Source of the DNA: Massalongia carnosa
Taxonomy: Eukaryota
DNA: 64,000 bases
Direction of reading: 5' to 3'
Assembly (NCBI GenBank): GCA_965645245.1
Contig: OZ287069.1
Location: 2,294,001-2,358,000, forward strand
This document shows, in pieces, positions 61,679 to 64,000 of this stretch. The first letter of the stretch is position 1. Each line of letters begins with the position of its first letter. The notes under the pieces were generated by a model, which worked only from the letters and a program-made list of their open reading frames with translations, ran no database searches and was not told where the DNA came from. The translations under genes were made by a program, and so were the position numbers.

Positions 61679-64000
61679 TTATTCTTCATCCATCTCGCTG
61701 TCGCCGCTATTATCTTCCCCGCCATCGTTTTCCTCAATATTCGACCCTATTTCATCTCTTAAAACATACTCGTATCCCCCCCTAATATTCTCATCCGTAA
61801 CTACCTTATTTGTCTCGTCATTTGTCCCCTCATCTGCCCTCTCATCTATTCTCTCAGCTGTCTCTATTTCTTCCTCGTTATTTCGTCTCCAATTTCCCAC
61901 CTCAATGCCCGGAAGATCTTCTACATGCAATTCGTCATCTTCCGATCCATCTATGGCCAGAGAAAGTCCTAATTTTCTAAACGCTCGACGAATTACATCG
62001 GAGCTTTCTTCATGAAATTCCTTCCAAGCTTGTCCAACCCATTGAGTAAGCATGATTCGACGATCCCCCACAGTGTATTTTCCCTGATTCCATTGCTCGA
62101 AATGCATGTCGAAATGCATGTCGGCCAGCTCCTTTATTCGATTTTTAATGGGTTTGTTGACTGCTACGTCCAAAACTTGAACGTAGCCGGTGCAGCCCGA
62201 GGGGATAAAGGAAGGGGTAATATTCAACTCTCGAAAAGCATCTCGAACCTACAAATCAGTCAGTTAATCAATTGTTATCTTATCAGATTAAAAGCATACC
62301 TCGTCGGTTTTCTGTCCTCTGAATACGTCTAAAGTCAACAATCGAGGTGTAGCATCTCTGTCATGAAATGCCTCCGACCTCACCACGTGCCTCTATCACG
62401 TGCCTTGATCTGATGACTACTCACGGACGTCGTGCCATGCCTTCGGGACCCTCATATCATTCTTCGAATTCGCCGATTACTGATCATTACTCAGCCTCGC
62501 ATTGATGATTTATTCCCGTCTTTCGACTATTATCATGTCTAATAGCTTCGCATTGATGTTTGACATCTCCCGTCTCCTCGCTGACCCCATCGTGCTTATT
62601 GCCGCTATAATGCCCCTCATTCATCATCGCACTGACTAGACATCATTCGCCGCCACCCTAGAAAGATGAATATGGGAGGACAAAGATATAAGAAAGAAGT
62701 CGAATCATGGAAGTTCTGATTCTTTGTCGAACGTCTTGAATAGCCAACCTAGCCTAGCCTAGATTCATAGCTATAGACTCAATCAATAAGCTTGACCATC
62801 AACCCACCTTGCCTTTGCCCTTGCCCTCGACCTGATTTCGTGACAATCTCGAGCATCTCGATTGACGAATCCGACGGTAGCGTACTTATATTGATGTTTT
62901 AGCCATCGAATCATGACCGTGGTATTGCTCCATGCAGTATCATTCCATTGGACCGACACCCCTGTATGATACTGACTTATCTCCTTCTTTATACGACTGT
63001 TTTTGATTCCGTCTTTTCCCCTGAAGATAAGAAGCGGTTTGCAACGATTTATCCCATCAGCAGAGACGTATATCATTAGTGTAGCTTGTCTCTTATCCCA
63101 TCCCGATCTATGCGTCTTGGCCCATATCGTTTTAGCCCCCTTGAAGTCGTAGGTATGTCCGTCCAGAAATTCGTACGCAATTGGGGTTTGATCCATGTTA
63201 CCAATATCACAAAGACGATATCTTCCCCCTCCGTGCTGTGGAATTTGACCTATTAAGGGCTGAGAATTACGTCGATTGAATTGCAGCCAACTTTCAATAG
63301 TGGACCGCAAATTCTCGGAAACTATCTGTGATTTTTTGGTAACTGCTCGTGGAGAAATACCGACTCGATTCCTGAAGTTATTAAACCACCCAACAGAGAA
63401 TTTGAAGCCTAGATACTCATCTCTTTTCCCCGCTTTTCGAATAATTCGATGTGGATACAACTCGGCATATATATGTTTTGCCTGACGTATAATCCATCGT
63501 TTATCAACCTTCATTCCAGCTTCTCTTTTGTCTTTAAACAGCTCAATCAGCTGTCTTTCCAACTCCGGTTCCTGACAGCCAGTATTGAGAGGTCTGTTTT
63601 TTCTGATTCCAGTACTCATGTTTTCGATTACGGAGCTTGTTTTTAACCATCTACGAAGCATAGCTAGATCAATTCCTAGATTTTTTGCAGCTTCGTATTT
63701 ACTAATAAGCTTAAGAGTTCCGTCTTTTTGAGTCTTCCAAGTTGTTGTAGCATAGTTGATAGCAGCTAACTTATTCTCTCGTGTGTAGGATTTTCTTCGA
63801 CGAGTGATTTCATCATCCGAATTTCTATTAGACACGTCATCAGCCGATTCACGTATCAAACGAAACTGTTCAGTTATCTGAGTATTGTCTCCGAAAGATG
63901 TCTGAGATGACTGTGAATAGCCTGATTTTTTGACACTTGATGCCCATAAGCTTCTGGAAACAACTGATTTTGTACGAGGACCGGTACGAGTCTTTTTAGG
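61679..64000 (-). pseudogene. pogo DD35D transposase with an intron, interrupted by a solo LTR
   Basis: FKFSVGW, GNMDQTP, LLTLDVF..35 aa..VQVLDVAVNKP after removing the LTR and intron 62299-62249; frame open to the window end. Confidence 0.9.
62359..62845. mobile_element. Solo LTR (487 bp)
   Basis: TGTCATGAAAT...ATTTCGTGACA termini; 5-bp TSD ATCTC at 62354-62358 and 62846-62850. Confidence 0.93.

Larger units (their letters stand above)
61496..64000 (-). mobile_element. Second pogo-family transposon (CCGTA-type terminus), other end outside window
   Basis: TA + CCGTATAATTTCCCATATAAGCC at 61494-61518 resembles a pogo/Tc2-type TIR (partner not visible); contains a DD35D transposase. Confidence 0.8.

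Overview
Eukaryotic DNA from a filamentous ascomycete (Pezizomycotina-type GT-AG introns with CTRAY branch sites; a lichen-forming lineage is possible but only inferred). Intact housekeeping genes: SDH2 (3' part), a DHA1-type MFS transporter, HIS1, RPS28, GPD1, GDB1 and a probably domesticated MuDR-domain gene. They are interleaved with secreted-protein genes, several frameshifted or stop-interrupted genes and two transposon clusters. The 8.5-13 kb cluster holds a copia-derived element and a Mutator element with an LTR-type insert; the 59-64 kb cluster holds a Fot1/pogo element and a second pogo element with a solo LTR. Most unusual observations: (1) a small secreted Cys-rich peptide gene whose middle is a tandem array of ~75-bp intron-like units separated by single-codon (3-nt) micro-exons, with all splice-site deviations being G>A; (2) a copia-derived element with two INVERTED LTR+PBS ends and one clean 5-bp target-site duplication; (3) a TPR + SET-like gene broken by a single in-frame TAG, a candidate for A-to-I restorative editing; (4) an unannotated, strongly base-paired four-way-junction sequence downstream of HIS1. 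All coordinates were read by eye; no database searches were run.
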